A DNA stretch of 64,000 nucleotides from a virus (taxonomy: Duplodnaviria; Caudoviricetes). Of this stretch, positions 47,715 through 57,666 are shown in pieces. A program made the position numbers and the translations under genes. The stretch is from IMG/VR virus record IMGVR_UViG_3300025066_000007, one strand, 5' to 3'. The first letter of the stretch is position 1. Each line of letters begins with the position of its first letter. The notes under the pieces are model-generated. The model was not told the DNA's origin and did not search any database. It saw nothing but the letters and a program-made list of their open reading frames with translations.

Positions 47715-48557
47715 CTAAAACTCCCTAATTCCATACTCGGAAGCTAGCCGCTTTTTTAGACGACTAATCGCTCTGCTTTCAATCTCCCTTACCCACTCTC
47801 TTGAAATCCCCATATCTTTCGCTAGGTCCCTCAGAGTTCTCGGCTCCTCACAAAGCCTTCTGCTCTTGAGAATCTTCTTCTCTTCCTCTGGAAGCTTATC
47901 GATCAAAGATCTTAAGATAGAGCTCATAACATTGTGGTCAAAAGCAGCAGAGCCTATATCCTCGTTCGTTCTCTCGTCTGGCAATAAGTCTACCCTTAAT
48001 GTCTGACTATCCTCTCCCTTTCCGACAGGAGTATCGAGCCTTACGTCATAACCTCGCAGAGAGCCTCTCATCATTTCTACAGAGGAAGGCTTTACGCTTA
48101 GGGTCTTTGCAATGAACATAGTCTTATCTCTGCCGATAAGGCCTTTTTCCTCCGCTATTTTCGACGTCTTCGAGAAAGAAGAGAATAAAATCCTGTCATC
48201 TTGTGTTCCTCCGAGCCTAACAATAGACCTATGCCTCATGACATGCTGCCTCATATTAACCCTTACCCACCACATAGCGTATGTAAGAAACCCAACACCC
48301 CTCTCAGGGTCAAACATTCCTGCCGCCTTTAATAGGCCTGCCATACCCTCTTGCACCAAATCTCCATAAGACAGATGCTTATTAAGCTTCTTAAATCGAT
48401 AGGCCTCTTTCGTTACGATTCTCATATTTGAAAGGATAACTTTATCGAGAGCTGCCTTGTCTTTGCTTTCTTGCCACTTTTTCACTAGATCCAACTGACT
48501 CTCTGATGACAGTATTGGATTGTCTTTGATAATTTTGTCTATTAGCTCTGTATTCAT
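47715..48557 (-). CDS. RNA polymerase sigma factor, sigma70 family, RpoH-like
   Basis: Region 2 DLVQEGMAGLLKAAGMFDPERG..FLTYAMWWVR; degenerate RpoH box IVRLGGTQDDRILF; region 4 TLRDLAKDMGISREWVREIE. Confidence 0.88.
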   Translation of the reverse strand: MNTELIDKIIKDNPILSSESQLDLVKKWQESKDKAALDKVILSNMRIVTKEAYRFKKLNKHLSYGDLVQEGMAGLLKAAGMFDPERGVGFLTYAMWWVRVNMRQHVMRHRSIVRLGGTQDDRILFSSFSKTSKIAEEKGLIGRDKTMFIAKTLSVKPSSVEMMRGSLRGYDVRLDTPVGKGEDSQTLRVDLLPDERTNEDIGSAAFDHNVMSSILRSLIDKLPEEEKKILKSRRLCEEPRTLRDLAKDMGISREWVREIESRAISRLKKRLASEYGIREF

Positions 48558-48576
48558 TCATTGCTCCAGCGTTAAT

Positions 48577-48783
48577 CTATTTTTCGTAATTCTTACTTTC
48601 TCTTTGCGAAGCCTTCTTGGCCCTCCTTGCCTGCCTCTGGTCAAGTAGCTGATCGTATATATCGTCCCATCTATCATCATAATCAAAGTCATCATCTTTA
48701 CTCTGACTCTTTTTGATATCTTTTGCGTTTAAAATAGCCCTCTTGCTGAGGTCTTTTACACTCTTAATAGCGACTTTCGCCAT
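48577..48783 (-). CDS. Hypothetical protein
   Basis: 68 aa ORF with GGAG RBS. Confidence 0.55.
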   Translation of the reverse strand: MAKVAIKSVKDLSKRAILNAKDIKKSQSKDDDFDYDDRWDDIYDQLLDQRQARRAKKASQRESKNYEK

Positions 48784-48845
48784 GAATATTCTCCGTCTAT
48801 ATCGTTATGTCTATTTTGTAGCTCAACATAGAGGTGGACTACCGC

Positions 48846-49112
48846 TTATGCCGGCCATGTGTGATAATTGTCATAATCACATTCTTGCTCTTCCGCAATC
48901 CCTGTTACTACCCAGCCATAACTAAGCCATACCTTTTTGTTTGGACGCATAAGCCCCTGAAGTTTTATTCGCCTTGAGCGAAATGACTCCTTTGCAATGA
49001 GGGAGGCATTCTCTCCAGAAGAAGGAAAGCACTTATACTTTGCTAGAAGCCCTACAGGGAATTCTCCAGAGCCTAAAACACTAAACTTATAAAGTGTATT
49101 GCCATCAAACAT
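48846..49112 (-). CDS. Hypothetical phage protein
   Basis: ATG at 49112; FSVLGSGEFP. Confidence 0.55.
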   Translation of the reverse strand: MFDGNTLYKFSVLGSGEFPVGLLAKYKCFPSSGENASLIAKESFRSRRIKLQGLMRPNKKVWLSYGWVVTGIAEEQECDYDNYHTWPA

Positions 49113-49419
49113 ACGTCGGAATCTCCTTCCAAATAGCATTGCGATTATGAATATAAAGATATTTGCACCCAAATGATAGTGCCATCAAAATCAGCAGCCT
49201 AAGCCCTTCGCTAAGCCTAAGGTCTGTAGTATGCTCCAAAGCCCTACTGTCTATCCTTACGGTTAATCCGTCAGAAAAGACGGTCCCATAGCTTAGATTA
49301 AGCGCCTCTAATATAGAGAAATCTTTCTGAACTATATGTTTTGATGAAGCGTAAAGGCCATCTCTATAATGCTCTTTAGTAATAAAGTCAGTTACTCCAG
49401 ACGGTTTAGTAAAGCCCAT
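49105..49419 (-). CDS. Hypothetical protein (tandem paralog A)
   Basis: LSEGLRLLILMALSFGCK matches the next gene; ATG at 49419. Confidence 0.55.
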   Translation of the reverse strand: MGFTKPSGVTDFITKEHYRDGLYASSKHIVQKDFSILEALNLSYGTVFSDGLTVRIDSRALEHTTDLRLSEGLRLLILMALSFGCKYLYIHNRNAIWKEIPTYV

Positions 49420-49744
49420 TACCCGAGCTCCATTTGTCATACCGAGGAACTCCCGGCCATACCTCTTCTTTCTTGGAGACATGTAAGGCCTTACAGTCAA
49501 ATGATCTAGCCATAAAAAATAGCAGTTTAAATCCTTCGCTTAAGCCTCTCTCTTCTACTATAGAAGCCGAAAGGTCATTCACATGACAGGTGAAGCCATT
49601 TTCCAAAACCCTTAGGTCTTCAAAGCTAGTTGTGTAATTTTCTGTTAGAAAGATAAAATAATCAGTCATTTTCAAATGAACAGAAGAGGCTCTCATGATA
49701 TCATCTTTTATGACCGGCCACTTATCGCTCACGACATATCCCAC
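49406..49744 (-). CDS. Hypothetical protein (tandem paralog B)
   Basis: LSEGFKLLFFMARSFDCK. Confidence 0.55.
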   Translation of the reverse strand: MGYVVSDKWPVIKDDIMRASSVHLKMTDYFIFLTENYTTSFEDLRVLENGFTCHVNDLSASIVEERGLSEGFKLLFFMARSFDCKALHVSKKEEVWPGVPRYDKWSSGNGLY

Positions 49745-50877
49745 TCTGGCCTCAGACCAACGCCAACGGGAAAACGTGGTACACCGTCCTCTGATAGCTC
49801 AAAGAATTCAACCGTAAGCTTCTCTCCGATATACTTTTCACCGTTCTCAAACAACTTAGCCCTCTCTTCGTGAGTTCCCTTTGGGCGAACGCCAAATTCT
49901 GTTCCGCCCTCAGTTACACAGCGCCAAACTACCAATCCAGACTCTCTTCCTTCGCCATCAGAGAATCCAACCACTTCGTATTCCTCAGAAGTAAAACGCT
50001 TAACCTTTTGCAGAGAATAACTTCGATTCTTGTAAACATAAGGGCTCCCAGCGTTTCTCGCCATCAGGCCTTCGTAGGAGGCGCTAACTGCCATCGCCTC
50101 ATGTATGTTTAATTCATCTTCCGTGTTTGCAGTTAGAGTTTGTGCAATCACAATATTCGGAGCCTTTTCTGAAATGTCTTTAAAATTCTGATTATAGTCC
50201 GAATAAAAGGCAGCGCCCTCTCCATCTTGAATGACCATCCTATCTTCAAAGGGAAGAGTCTTATGTGGAAGGTCATAAATGTGATACTCTAACAGATCAG
50301 TATCTGGCCTCTGCTTTTTAGCAGCAGAAATAATCCTCTGAAAAGTCCAGCCATGGACATAGATCTCCCCGTCTGTACACTGGCCCTCTTCAAGAACCAG
50401 TTCTAGCTGACCTCTGATTTTTTCTAGAATATCTAAGACCTTTCCCTTTCTAGACCAAACTGTAACCTTGCCGTCTTTTTTTCTTGAAATACAACGAATT
50501 CCATCATACTTGAGCTGCGTATAACAGGGGAACTTTATCTTAGAAGAATGCTTATCATAACGGTGAGCGAGCATTGGAAGGAACAAGCCATCTGATGCGG
50601 ATGGAATTTTAGCCTTATCCTCTACATAGCCTGAATCTTTCTTCCGACTATGGGCAGACTTAGCCTCAGAACATGCTTGCTCATAGCATGAAGTTTCATT
50701 TGCCCTTCCGATGTTCTTTCCTGCGCTGATATAACGCTGGTCAAGCTGCTTCTTTCCATCTTCGTAGCCATGCTCAGTTTCGAGATAGCAAGTTCCATCG
50801 CCCATCTTAAGAACAGAGATAGTCCACTGCTTAATCTTTCCGTTCTTTGACTTCCCATAAAGAGTTGATAGCTTCAT
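49729..50877 (-). CDS. ATP-dependent DNA ligase
   Basis: Adenylation motif KYDGIRC, DGEIY, YEGLMAR, QKVK, OB-fold GVPRFP. Confidence 0.92.
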   Translation of the reverse strand: MKLSTLYGKSKNGKIKQWTISVLKMGDGTCYLETEHGYEDGKKQLDQRYISAGKNIGRANETSCYEQACSEAKSAHSRKKDSGYVEDKAKIPSASDGLFLPMLAHRYDKHSSKIKFPCYTQLKYDGIRCISRKKDGKVTVWSRKGKVLDILEKIRGQLELVLEEGQCTDGEIYVHGWTFQRIISAAKKQRPDTDLLEYHIYDLPHKTLPFEDRMVIQDGEGAAFYSDYNQNFKDISEKAPNIVIAQTLTANTEDELNIHEAMAVSASYEGLMARNAGSPYVYKNRSYSLQKVKRFTSEEYEVVGFSDGEGRESGLVVWRCVTEGGTEFGVRPKGTHEERAKLFENGEKYIGEKLTVEFFELSEDGVPRFPVGVGLRPEWDMS

Positions 50878-50923
50878 TTTTATCCAATTAAATTACAGAG
50901 TTATGTGATAAAAGCTAAAGTGT

Positions 50924-50999
50924 TGGTGGAGGCGACAGGAATCGAACCTGCGACCTGATGCTTGCAAAGCATCTGCTCTCCCGACTGAGCTACGCCCCC
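50924..50999 (-). tRNA. tRNA-Ala(UGC)
   Basis: 76-nt cloverleaf GGGGGCG...CGCCTCC A CCA; G3:U70 alanine identity pair; GATGC-TT TGC AA-GCATC; encoded CCA. Confidence 0.97.
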
Positions 51000-51030
51000 A
51001 ACACCTATATTTTACTTTAGAATGCAAATA

Positions 51031-52134
51031 TTATTCCGGCTTATTTAACATAAATTGCGCGGCGCTATTCGCTTCGCTTCTCAAAAAGGTTTCGACAACA
51101 GTGCTAGTTCCATATCTATAAATTAGAATGTCACCATCATCGATTCCCCATTTCGCAGAGTATCCGCGAATCGTCTTGTCTTCTCGTCGTCCAAAAAACA
51201 TAGAAAAGGTAACGAAGAACTCATTAGTCTCTCCGTTTTCTCGACTAAACTGCGAAGGATAGACGGTACTTTGCGACCAGCCATCTAAATGATCTTCCTT
51301 ATGATCAACTCTACCTATTTCGGCGGCAGCAAAAACAGACTCAAAGACAGAAAGGATTTTGTCTTCGCCTACTCGCTTTCTACGAGCGGCTGCAAATTCG
51401 CGTTGACGGAGAGTGTGAGCCTCTCTCTCTAAAGACACCTCTACTGATTCAAGAAAAGAGGGAACCGCCTTTCCTCTGCTTAAGTCAGGAGTAAGAGTAA
51501 GAACATTAATTGAAAAAACCTTTACGTCTTCATTCTCAATATCATCAAGTGTATCACAATCTTCTGTGCTTATATTGAACCTTACTTTGGGGATAACAAA
51601 CTTATTATCTTTTGTCCAAAAAGCAGATTCGTTTAAGCTGGGGTATATTTCATCTGGAATATCATCCGAAGGATCATACTCAAGTTCCTTCAGACCCTTC
51701 GAAGGAGTTGTCGCATTAAACAAGCGCCACTCATAAGGACTGGCCCAATGACAGCCTCCGATTGCCACCATCGTCTTGTCTGGGGATACTACAAACGGAC
51801 CTGTTAGGCAGAACGAGTATCCGTCACCACGCCTAGAAAAAAGATCTCCGCTGGATAAATCAACTAAAGTATGACCCGTGTAAGTTTCCCCTCCAACAAA
51901 CCAAGTTCCGCTAGCCAACTCTAGCACGCCCCATACAAACCAGCCGTAATTTCTTTTAATATCCGCAATTTGCTTTCCATCGGAACTTGAGATAATTCCA
52001 CGAGAATAATCCCAGCAACCTTTTTTTGTTCCGTAATACCGAACCTCAAGAGAGGCACCGTTTAGCAACTCGTGCGTTTCCCGCTTTTCTTTTCTCTCAT
52101 TATCATCAATGTAAAAATCTACTTCTTCAGTCAT
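51031..52134 (-). CDS. Hypothetical protein (beta-rich N-terminus)
   Basis: 367 aa ORF. Confidence 0.65.
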   Translation of the reverse strand: MTEEVDFYIDDNERKEKRETHELLNGASLEVRYYGTKKGCWDYSRGIISSSDGKQIADIKRNYGWFVWGVLELASGTWFVGGETYTGHTLVDLSSGDLFSRRGDGYSFCLTGPFVVSPDKTMVAIGGCHWASPYEWRLFNATTPSKGLKELEYDPSDDIPDEIYPSLNESAFWTKDNKFVIPKVRFNISTEDCDTLDDIENEDVKVFSINVLTLTPDLSRGKAVPSFLESVEVSLEREAHTLRQREFAAARRKRVGEDKILSVFESVFAAAEIGRVDHKEDHLDGWSQSTVYPSQFSRENGETNEFFVTFSMFFGRREDKTIRGYSAKWGIDDGDILIYRYGTSTVVETFLRSEANSAAQFMLNKPE

Positions 52135-52143
52135 CTTTCTTTC

Positions 52144-52761
52144 CTATCGAACAATGCTATCGGGGTGTACTTTGCATTCCCCGTGATGATGCCAGGACCA
52201 CACCTTACAGGTCTCAATTCCGCAAGATTCAAACTGACCGTTTTTTGTCCAGTCTGATTGCTTGCAGGCGCAGCCATCCCAAGGAGAGCTTAGAACTTCT
52301 CCACCGAAATCACCCATAGAGACAAAGTGACTCTGCCTTAAGCTAAACCAGTGTCGGTCGCCAATTGGTCGCGGAACAGAATTCTTTGTATATCGAGAAT
52401 TCTTTTTCTCGTCAGCACCCTCATGCTCACTGTTGTAATATTCGTGGTCGAACATAAACATTGCAGTCCAGCCAACTCCTTTTTTGAAGTCAACCTCTCC
52501 TACCGTTGCCGGACTGCCCTTGCGAAACAATAGGTCGCGTCCTGACCATCCATTCTTTGCAAGATAAGGGTTGTCTTCTTTGAAGACGACTCTATCTCCA
52601 GCGGCAAATGGAGAAGTTTCAAAGAACGCCTCAAGATATTCGTCAAGCCTTTCAAGCGCGTAAATATAATCTCCAGTTTGAGTGGAGAGCGGGCCGCCTT
52701 GCGCCCAATCGATTACGTCTTTAATCTTTGAAAGATAAGAGTTATGCTTCATCTTGTCCAA
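52144..52761 (-). CDS. Hypothetical protein
   Basis: 205 aa ORF. Confidence 0.6.
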   Translation of the reverse strand: MDKMKHNSYLSKIKDVIDWAQGGPLSTQTGDYIYALERLDEYLEAFFETSPFAAGDRVVFKEDNPYLAKNGWSGRDLLFRKGSPATVGEVDFKKGVGWTAMFMFDHEYYNSEHEGADEKKNSRYTKNSVPRPIGDRHWFSLRQSHFVSMGDFGGEVLSSPWDGCACKQSDWTKNGQFESCGIETCKVWSWHHHGECKVHPDSIVR

Positions 52762-52930
52762 TCTTTAGCGCATCAGTAACTTGCTCATAAATCGAAACCA
52801 TTGAACCAAACTTAGGAATCCCCTTATGCGTGGCAGCCAGAAACAAGGCTTTTAGAGCAGCATGAAGCTGCTTCTTTTCGGCCCTTAGCTCATCACAGGT
52901 TTCTTTTAAAATTTGAGCTTCCTTATCCAT
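52742..52930 (-). CDS. Hypothetical protein
   Basis: 62 aa ORF. Confidence 0.5.
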   Translation of the reverse strand: MDKEAQILKETCDELRAEKKQLHAALKALFLAATHKGIPKFGSMVSIYEQVTDALKIGQDEA

Positions 52931-52933
52931 GTC

Positions 52934-53170
52934 TTAAGCCTTCTTCTTGTTAGTTATAGCCCAGCCATTATCTGGACTCCATTCTACATTAGTTACAAAC
53001 CTTAGCTCAAACTTACGGAACCAATAGATAGGCTCTATAAGAGATATAAAGAATGACCCATCTTTTCTCTCATATAAAAAATAATTTCTTCCAGTGACAG
53101 GCTCCATAGCCACTTGGGCCTCTCTAAGAGATTCCAAGACTTCTTTCTCCGTAAGAGTGTCTGAGTTCAT
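52934..53170 (-). CDS. Hypothetical phage protein
   Basis: 78 aa; NYFLYERKDGSFFISLIEP..W. Confidence 0.6.
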   Translation of the reverse strand: MNSDTLTEKEVLESLREAQVAMEPVTGRNYFLYERKDGSFFISLIEPIYWFRKFELRFVTNVEWSPDNGWAITNKKKA

Positions 53171-53454
53171 TATTCTTCCGAAAACTCTCTAGGGGCGAAC
53201 TCTGCCTCTGCGAACCACATATCCGCAGGGTCTCTTTCGTAACGAATGGTCTTCACCAGATATCTTGTCGTGTCCTCTTTGTTTTTCAGAATCAAAAAGT
53301 CTCCTTCTTCGATTCCTCGATGCCAACCGTAAAGAGAAATGGCCTGTCCACCATTCCGAACCTCTGTTACTCCATAGTTCTTTCCCCGGCCTTTAGAAGA
53401 AAGATCATGCTCACTTTTTTCGGAATTAATCATTTGGAGTTCCAAAAACATCAA
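53170..53454 (-). CDS. Hypothetical phage protein
   Basis: 94 aa; GW..GIEEGDFLIL...RYLVKTIRY..DPADMWF. Confidence 0.6.
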   Translation of the reverse strand: MMFLELQMINSEKSEHDLSSKGRGKNYGVTEVRNGGQAISLYGWHRGIEEGDFLILKNKEDTTRYLVKTIRYERDPADMWFAEAEFAPREFSEE

Positions 53455-53656
53455 TAGTCTTCATTTCAGAATTATATGAATTGAAATCCTCCGAAGATCC
53501 GCAGTCAATAATATTGACCACCTCATATCCCTTGACATTGCTATGATCAAAACCGCACTTCATTCCAGAAATAACTTCACTAATATGCTCTGAGTTACAT
53601 TCTTTCTCAAGAAAAACCTTGAGCATTACCAGGACCTGACTTCCAGTTTTACTCAT
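53426..53656 (-). CDS. Hypothetical protein
   Basis: 76 aa ORF. Confidence 0.5.
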   Translation of the reverse strand: MSKTGSQVLVMLKVFLEKECNSEHISEVISGMKCGFDHSNVKGYEVVNIIDCGSSEDFNSYNSEMKTIDVFGTPND

Positions 53657-53861
53657 AATTTTTTAGTCCTATTCCGGGGTAATTAAAGCTTCCGCTTCGA
53701 ACAGCTTTGGTCTCCGCTTTTCGCGCCTCACTATAGTCAGATCTTTCTGCCTCTCTCTTTGAACAATTCAGGCAGATAAGCTGCTCATTGAACCACGACA
53801 TAGAATATGAAGCAGTTTTCTCTAAGCATCTTTGGCAGAACCCATTCCAATTTATTTTCAT
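53649..53861 (-). CDS. Small zinc-finger protein
   Basis: CQRC...MSWFN..LICLNC; ATG at 53861. Confidence 0.6.
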   Translation of the reverse strand: MKINWNGFCQRCLEKTASYSMSWFNEQLICLNCSKREAERSDYSEARKAETKAVRSGSFNYPGIGLKNYE

Positions 53862-53862
53862 C

Positions 53863-54210
53863 TTAATATTCTGCCTGTTGCCTAATGTCCTCAAACCCTG
53901 GAGGCCAAGGATTAAGAAGGTGACTGGTTAGATAGCGAACAACATCTTTTGATGTACCTCCAATGTGCCATTCTGTTATGTCCTCAACCGCGAGACCTTC
54001 TTCTCCCAGGTAATTCCTTCCGTCCTTATAGTTATATATGGACGCAATATCGCCACCAACAAACTCCACAGACCATTCTGCGTCGGTCTTATATCCGTCA
54101 GACTCTCCAGGCTCTCCAAGAGCTTCAACAAGCTTTGCGTAGCTAATATTGATATAGCCCTGAAGACTGCCTCCGGCATAAACGACATTTACACTTCTAA
54201 TCTTTGGCAT
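53863..54210 (-). CDS. Hypothetical phage protein
   Basis: GAGGAG RBS; LQGYI...LVEALGEP...KTDAEW. Confidence 0.6.
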   Translation of the reverse strand: MPKIRSVNVVYAGGSLQGYINISYAKLVEALGEPGESDGYKTDAEWSVEFVGGDIASIYNYKDGRNYLGEEGLAVEDITEWHIGGTSKDVVRYLTSHLLNPWPPGFEDIRQQAEY

Positions 54211-54313
54211 CACGTTCTCCTCAGAAAGACAGAAGGCCACTCTGGCATATTCTCCAGAGTGGCAGCCTATCTCTAGTTTGTACAAATAAATTTCATCATA
54301 ACCTTATGAACTC

Positions 54314-54553
54314 TCAAGAAATTTCCTCTGGGTCTACATAATTATCATCATTTTCTTTGCCCAAACATCCACATTGCATTTTTCTCAAAGCCGGAGTATC
54401 ACTTCGTCTCACAGGAACATGGTTCTCATCTATAAGATTTCCCTCTAAGCATTTACAAATTTCAATCCAATTGATTTCTGTACACTCAGGGTCTATCCAA
54501 GTATAGACTTCATCACCCCGCTGAAGTGTGTCTCCTAGTTTTAAGATAATCAT
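54314..54553 (-). CDS. Hypothetical protein
   Basis: 79 aa ORF. Confidence 0.5.
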   Translation of the reverse strand: MIILKLGDTLQRGDEVYTWIDPECTEINWIEICKCLEGNLIDENHVPVRRSDTPALRKMQCGCLGKENDDNYVDPEEIS

Positions 54554-54557
54554 TTTC

Positions 54558-54806
54558 TTACCCGATATGATCTACAGAGCCACTCCATGTGTCAATGTAT
54601 CTTTGTGCCGCATCAGAGGCAGGCTTTAGCCCTCTTAGTGCATCAAACACTTCCTGTGCAATCTCTCTAACTTCCGGCCTAAGCCTCTCGATATAACCTT
54701 CAATCGTAAGTCCTGTCTTCTTTAGAAACTCAGGATCAAGCTTAGGCTCTAGCTCAAACATTTGAACAACAGCACCTATGTCAAAATTGTCATTAGAGTT
54801 TAACAC
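54558..54806 (-). CDS. Hypothetical protein
   Basis: 82 aa ORF. Confidence 0.5.
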   Translation of the reverse strand: MLNSNDNFDIGAVVQMFELEPKLDPEFLKKTGLTIEGYIERLRPEVREIAQEVFDALRGLKPASDAAQRYIDTWSGSVDHIG

Positions 54807-55006
54807 TAAGGAAGATCCTTTAGATACTTCGGAAGATAGCCATCTACAGTTACTTCGGCCTCTTTGAATTTGACCCCTAGTATCTTCAGAACATAACTTG
54901 CCTCAAGAGAGTGGTCCTCATACTTTAGAACTCCGTCCACATAAAGTCCCGTCCAATCTCCCTCGTCTCCATTGACGATAACTATTTCAGAAGAATAGTC
55001 TTTCAC
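54806..55006 (-). CDS. Hypothetical protein
   Basis: 66 aa; GDWTGLYVDG. Confidence 0.55.
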   Translation of the reverse strand: MKDYSSEIVIVNGDEGDWTGLYVDGVLKYEDHSLEASYVLKILGVKFKEAEVTVDGYLPKYLKDLP

Positions 55007-55467
55007 GGAAGATCCTTTAGATACTCTGTCATTGTCGTTGTCCTGCGAGCAAAACGAACAGCGTCTACTTTAATATGAAAGCTATTCGCTCTTGCGATTA
55101 GCTCTCTTCTAATTTCCACAGGAGGCAGAGAACTAAAATAGATCTCTACGCTTTGATATGCAGAACACTTCATTGGACTTGTTGAGGAAACCTTGGTATG
55201 CTTTCCCATTCCATTATTTGTCCAGCCGGGAGTCGGAGAGATAGCACACGGTCTATGGCATCCATGCTCATCCGGCTTGTGGTCAACATTCTCCTCGCAC
55301 CATTCAGCTAGAGCGGGAGACATAGAGTCTGGACCTTCATGAGCTTCATTCGCAAGCTCAGAACCCACTCCACACTCTCCGGTCTGTCCCGTAACCCAAG
55401 CACACATTTCTCGCTCAAAGTTTCCTGAGTAAGAACCTGTGTCTACGATAAGTAGATATTCATCCAT
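55003..55467 (-). CDS. Hypothetical phage protein
   Basis: 154 aa; VDTGSYSGNFEREMCAWVTG. Confidence 0.6.
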   Translation of the reverse strand: MDEYLLIVDTGSYSGNFEREMCAWVTGQTGECGVGSELANEAHEGPDSMSPALAEWCEENVDHKPDEHGCHRPCAISPTPGWTNNGMGKHTKVSSTSPMKCSAYQSVEIYFSSLPPVEIRRELIARANSFHIKVDAVRFARRTTTMTEYLKDLP

Positions 55468-55484
55468 CTTTAATCACCCTTGTC

Positions 55485-56566
55485 TCAAAGCATAGTCTCA
55501 GGAACTGGCCTTGCAATATAGTTTATGTTCTCAATCAAATTTGGATACGCCGCCATAACTAACGAGCCATGCCCAAGAAGATTTATGTAATACAAATCCT
55601 CATTCAAATTTCCAGAATGCATCTTCTTAATATGCTCTGCCTCTTCCATTGAACCACATGGTATCGGAACCGATGTGAACGGAGCATCAGCAATATATGT
55701 ATGAGAATGTAGGATATACCTAATGCTCGGGAATGCTTTAAATAAAAGCAGCTGAATAGGAGTGTCAACTGACGGCTTTATATCTCCATGGTAGCCGACA
55801 CTCCAGCCTTCTCCATTCATATTGTTTAGCTTTTCTACAGCAATAAAACCCTCTGGACCTATAAACCTCTTGTCTATATTCCTGCGAGAAACATAAACTT
55901 GTCCATCCCTCTTTACTCCGGGGAATCCTCGCTCGCATCTAAAGCAGGCATTTCCAAGCATTCGTTCGCTATTAGCCGCATGAATTAACTCATGGAATCT
56001 ATCAGCATATGATTTAATCAAACCAAAGAAGTGTGTCTCATCTGGGACAACCAATGCTTTGCCGAGTGAATAGCTTCTTATTCTAGTGAAGGATCTAATC
56101 TCATCAATCCTTTGTGAGACAACAAAGTATACCTCTGATGGATCTTGCTCATCCTTTAAAAAGATGTTTCCAAGAGGACTGTAATCTCCACGAGCAAAGC
56201 GCTTCTGGTTTTCAAAGCTCTAGTTACAAGGTCGGCATCTGAATATGTACCGTCTCTATTGTTCTTTGAAGTAATCAAAGAGCAAGTTGGATTCTCCTTT
56301 TTAATCCTAGATACAATCTTCTCTTCGTCGTTAGAGATATTAGGAAACCAGTACACAATACTATACTTCTTAATCCCCTTGAGGATTCGTTTAAGACTGT
56401 CCATTGAGCCGCCGTTATGGACTTCGGCATTAGAATCCTTAAAGAACTCTCGCATATATCCTGACGGTTTTCCGCCTGAGCGATCAAAGGTTCCGCATAC
56501 AGCAATTGCGTTTCGTGCTTCCATGTTTCTTCCTATATGTATAACCACAACCATAGACGGCGGCAA
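55485..56566 (-). pseudogene. Class II aldolase-like gene split by a frame change near 56180 (track ORFs 56156..56566 and 55485..56054)
   Basis: The 3' ORF frame stays open about 50 codons upstream of its TTG (...SPLGNIFLKDE...) and overlaps the end of the 5' ORF; the 3' part has KPSVDTP, HSHTY and GHG. Confidence 0.6.
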
Positions 56567-56820
56567 GTATTGGTTTGGATAACCGACTCAATATCATCAA
56601 CCCCAAGCTTGAGAACCCTCTGAGAGTTTTTTGCAAGCTCCCACCTGTACTCTCTTTCTCCGCCATACTTTTGAGTCACACTAAAGCTCTTGACAGCAAG
56701 CCTTACAGTCCTTCTTGACTTGTAATTAATCTCAACAACACAAACCTTATCGAATAATTCGATCAGTCGTCTCCCTCTGGAAAGAAGAATATTAAAATCA
56801 GTCCAAGCCACAGCCACCAA
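56533..56820 (-). CDS. Hypothetical protein
   Basis: 95 aa ORF, start uncertain. Confidence 0.4.
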   Translation of the reverse strand: MVAVAWTDFNILLSRGRRLIELFDKVCVVEINYKSRRTVRLAVKSFSVTQKYGGEREYRWELAKNSQRVLKLGVDDIESVIQTNTCRRLWLWLYI

Positions 56821-56874
56821 GGGTAGGTCGCTGTGCTACAGAACATAAGAATCAAGAGTATAAAAGGAATCATA

Positions 56875-57399
56875 TCAGCCCCAACAGAAGTAGACTTTGT
56901 AGTTTCCCTTTGGAATGATTCCATTGGAACAAAGGTCTTGCATAAGAGGTTTAAGAGAAGGATACTTGGCCGTGTTAGAAATCATCTTTTCCTTTTCCAC
57001 ATCAGCATAGTCACTTAACTCTCCGTCAATACAGTAGTACATATAACCACCAGAGTCGCCACCACCGGGCTCTTCCCAGCACACAAGGTCGGAATGGTCC
57101 TCCGAGAAGTTCTCATCGGAGGCGGCAATAGAAAATGCTTTGATTGCTAAATCAGTTTCTTCCCGAGTTTCATCACTCATATGAATATAGTCTCCGGCCT
57201 CATCCCTAAATGCAGTCAATCTTGGAGCTATAAATTCAGCAATAGTAGAAGAAAGAGACCACAGCTCAGTTCCATCGAACCCTCTTTCGTCCCGCTGCTT
57301 TCGATACATCGACAATCTGCTATCATCTGGTGGCAGTTCGAGAACACAGCCCGTATAGGCCAAAGGATTTAAATCATCATTTGAATTACTCATAACCAC
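56875..57399 (-). CDS. Hypothetical phage protein
   Basis: RGFDGTELWSL..TIAEFIAPRL. Confidence 0.6.
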   Translation of the reverse strand: MVMSNSNDDLNPLAYTGCVLELPPDDSRLSMYRKQRDERGFDGTELWSLSSTIAEFIAPRLTAFRDEAGDYIHMSDETREETDLAIKAFSIAASDENFSEDHSDLVCWEEPGGGDSGGYMYYCIDGELSDYADVEKEKMISNTAKYPSLKPLMQDLCSNGIIPKGNYKVYFCWG

Positions 57400-57420
57400 C
57401 CTCGCCCCCTTATCTTGGGA

Positions 57421-57666
57421 CTATAAATTTCCTGAGACCTTAAGAGGTACATTGTGAATCTTCTTCATTTCAATAGCCAGATGATCACGGGCCGGTCTTC
57501 CAAACACATCTCCAAAGAGATCTCCCTGATAAATCGCTATAGCCTCCATGCACCAAGGCTTGCCATCTATCGGAGGCTCATAACCGGCAAGAGCATAAGC
57601 AATCTGCCCAATCCTCTTATTTTGAGCAGAAAGCAAAGCCTCTGCTTTTTCGGCTCGCTTCTTCAT
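57421..57666 (-). CDS. Hypothetical protein
   Basis: 81 aa ORF. Confidence 0.5.
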   Translation of the reverse strand: MKKRAEKAEALLSAQNKRIGQIAYALAGYEPPIDGKPWCMEAIAIYQGDLFGDVFGRPARDHLAIEMKKIHNVPLKVSGNL

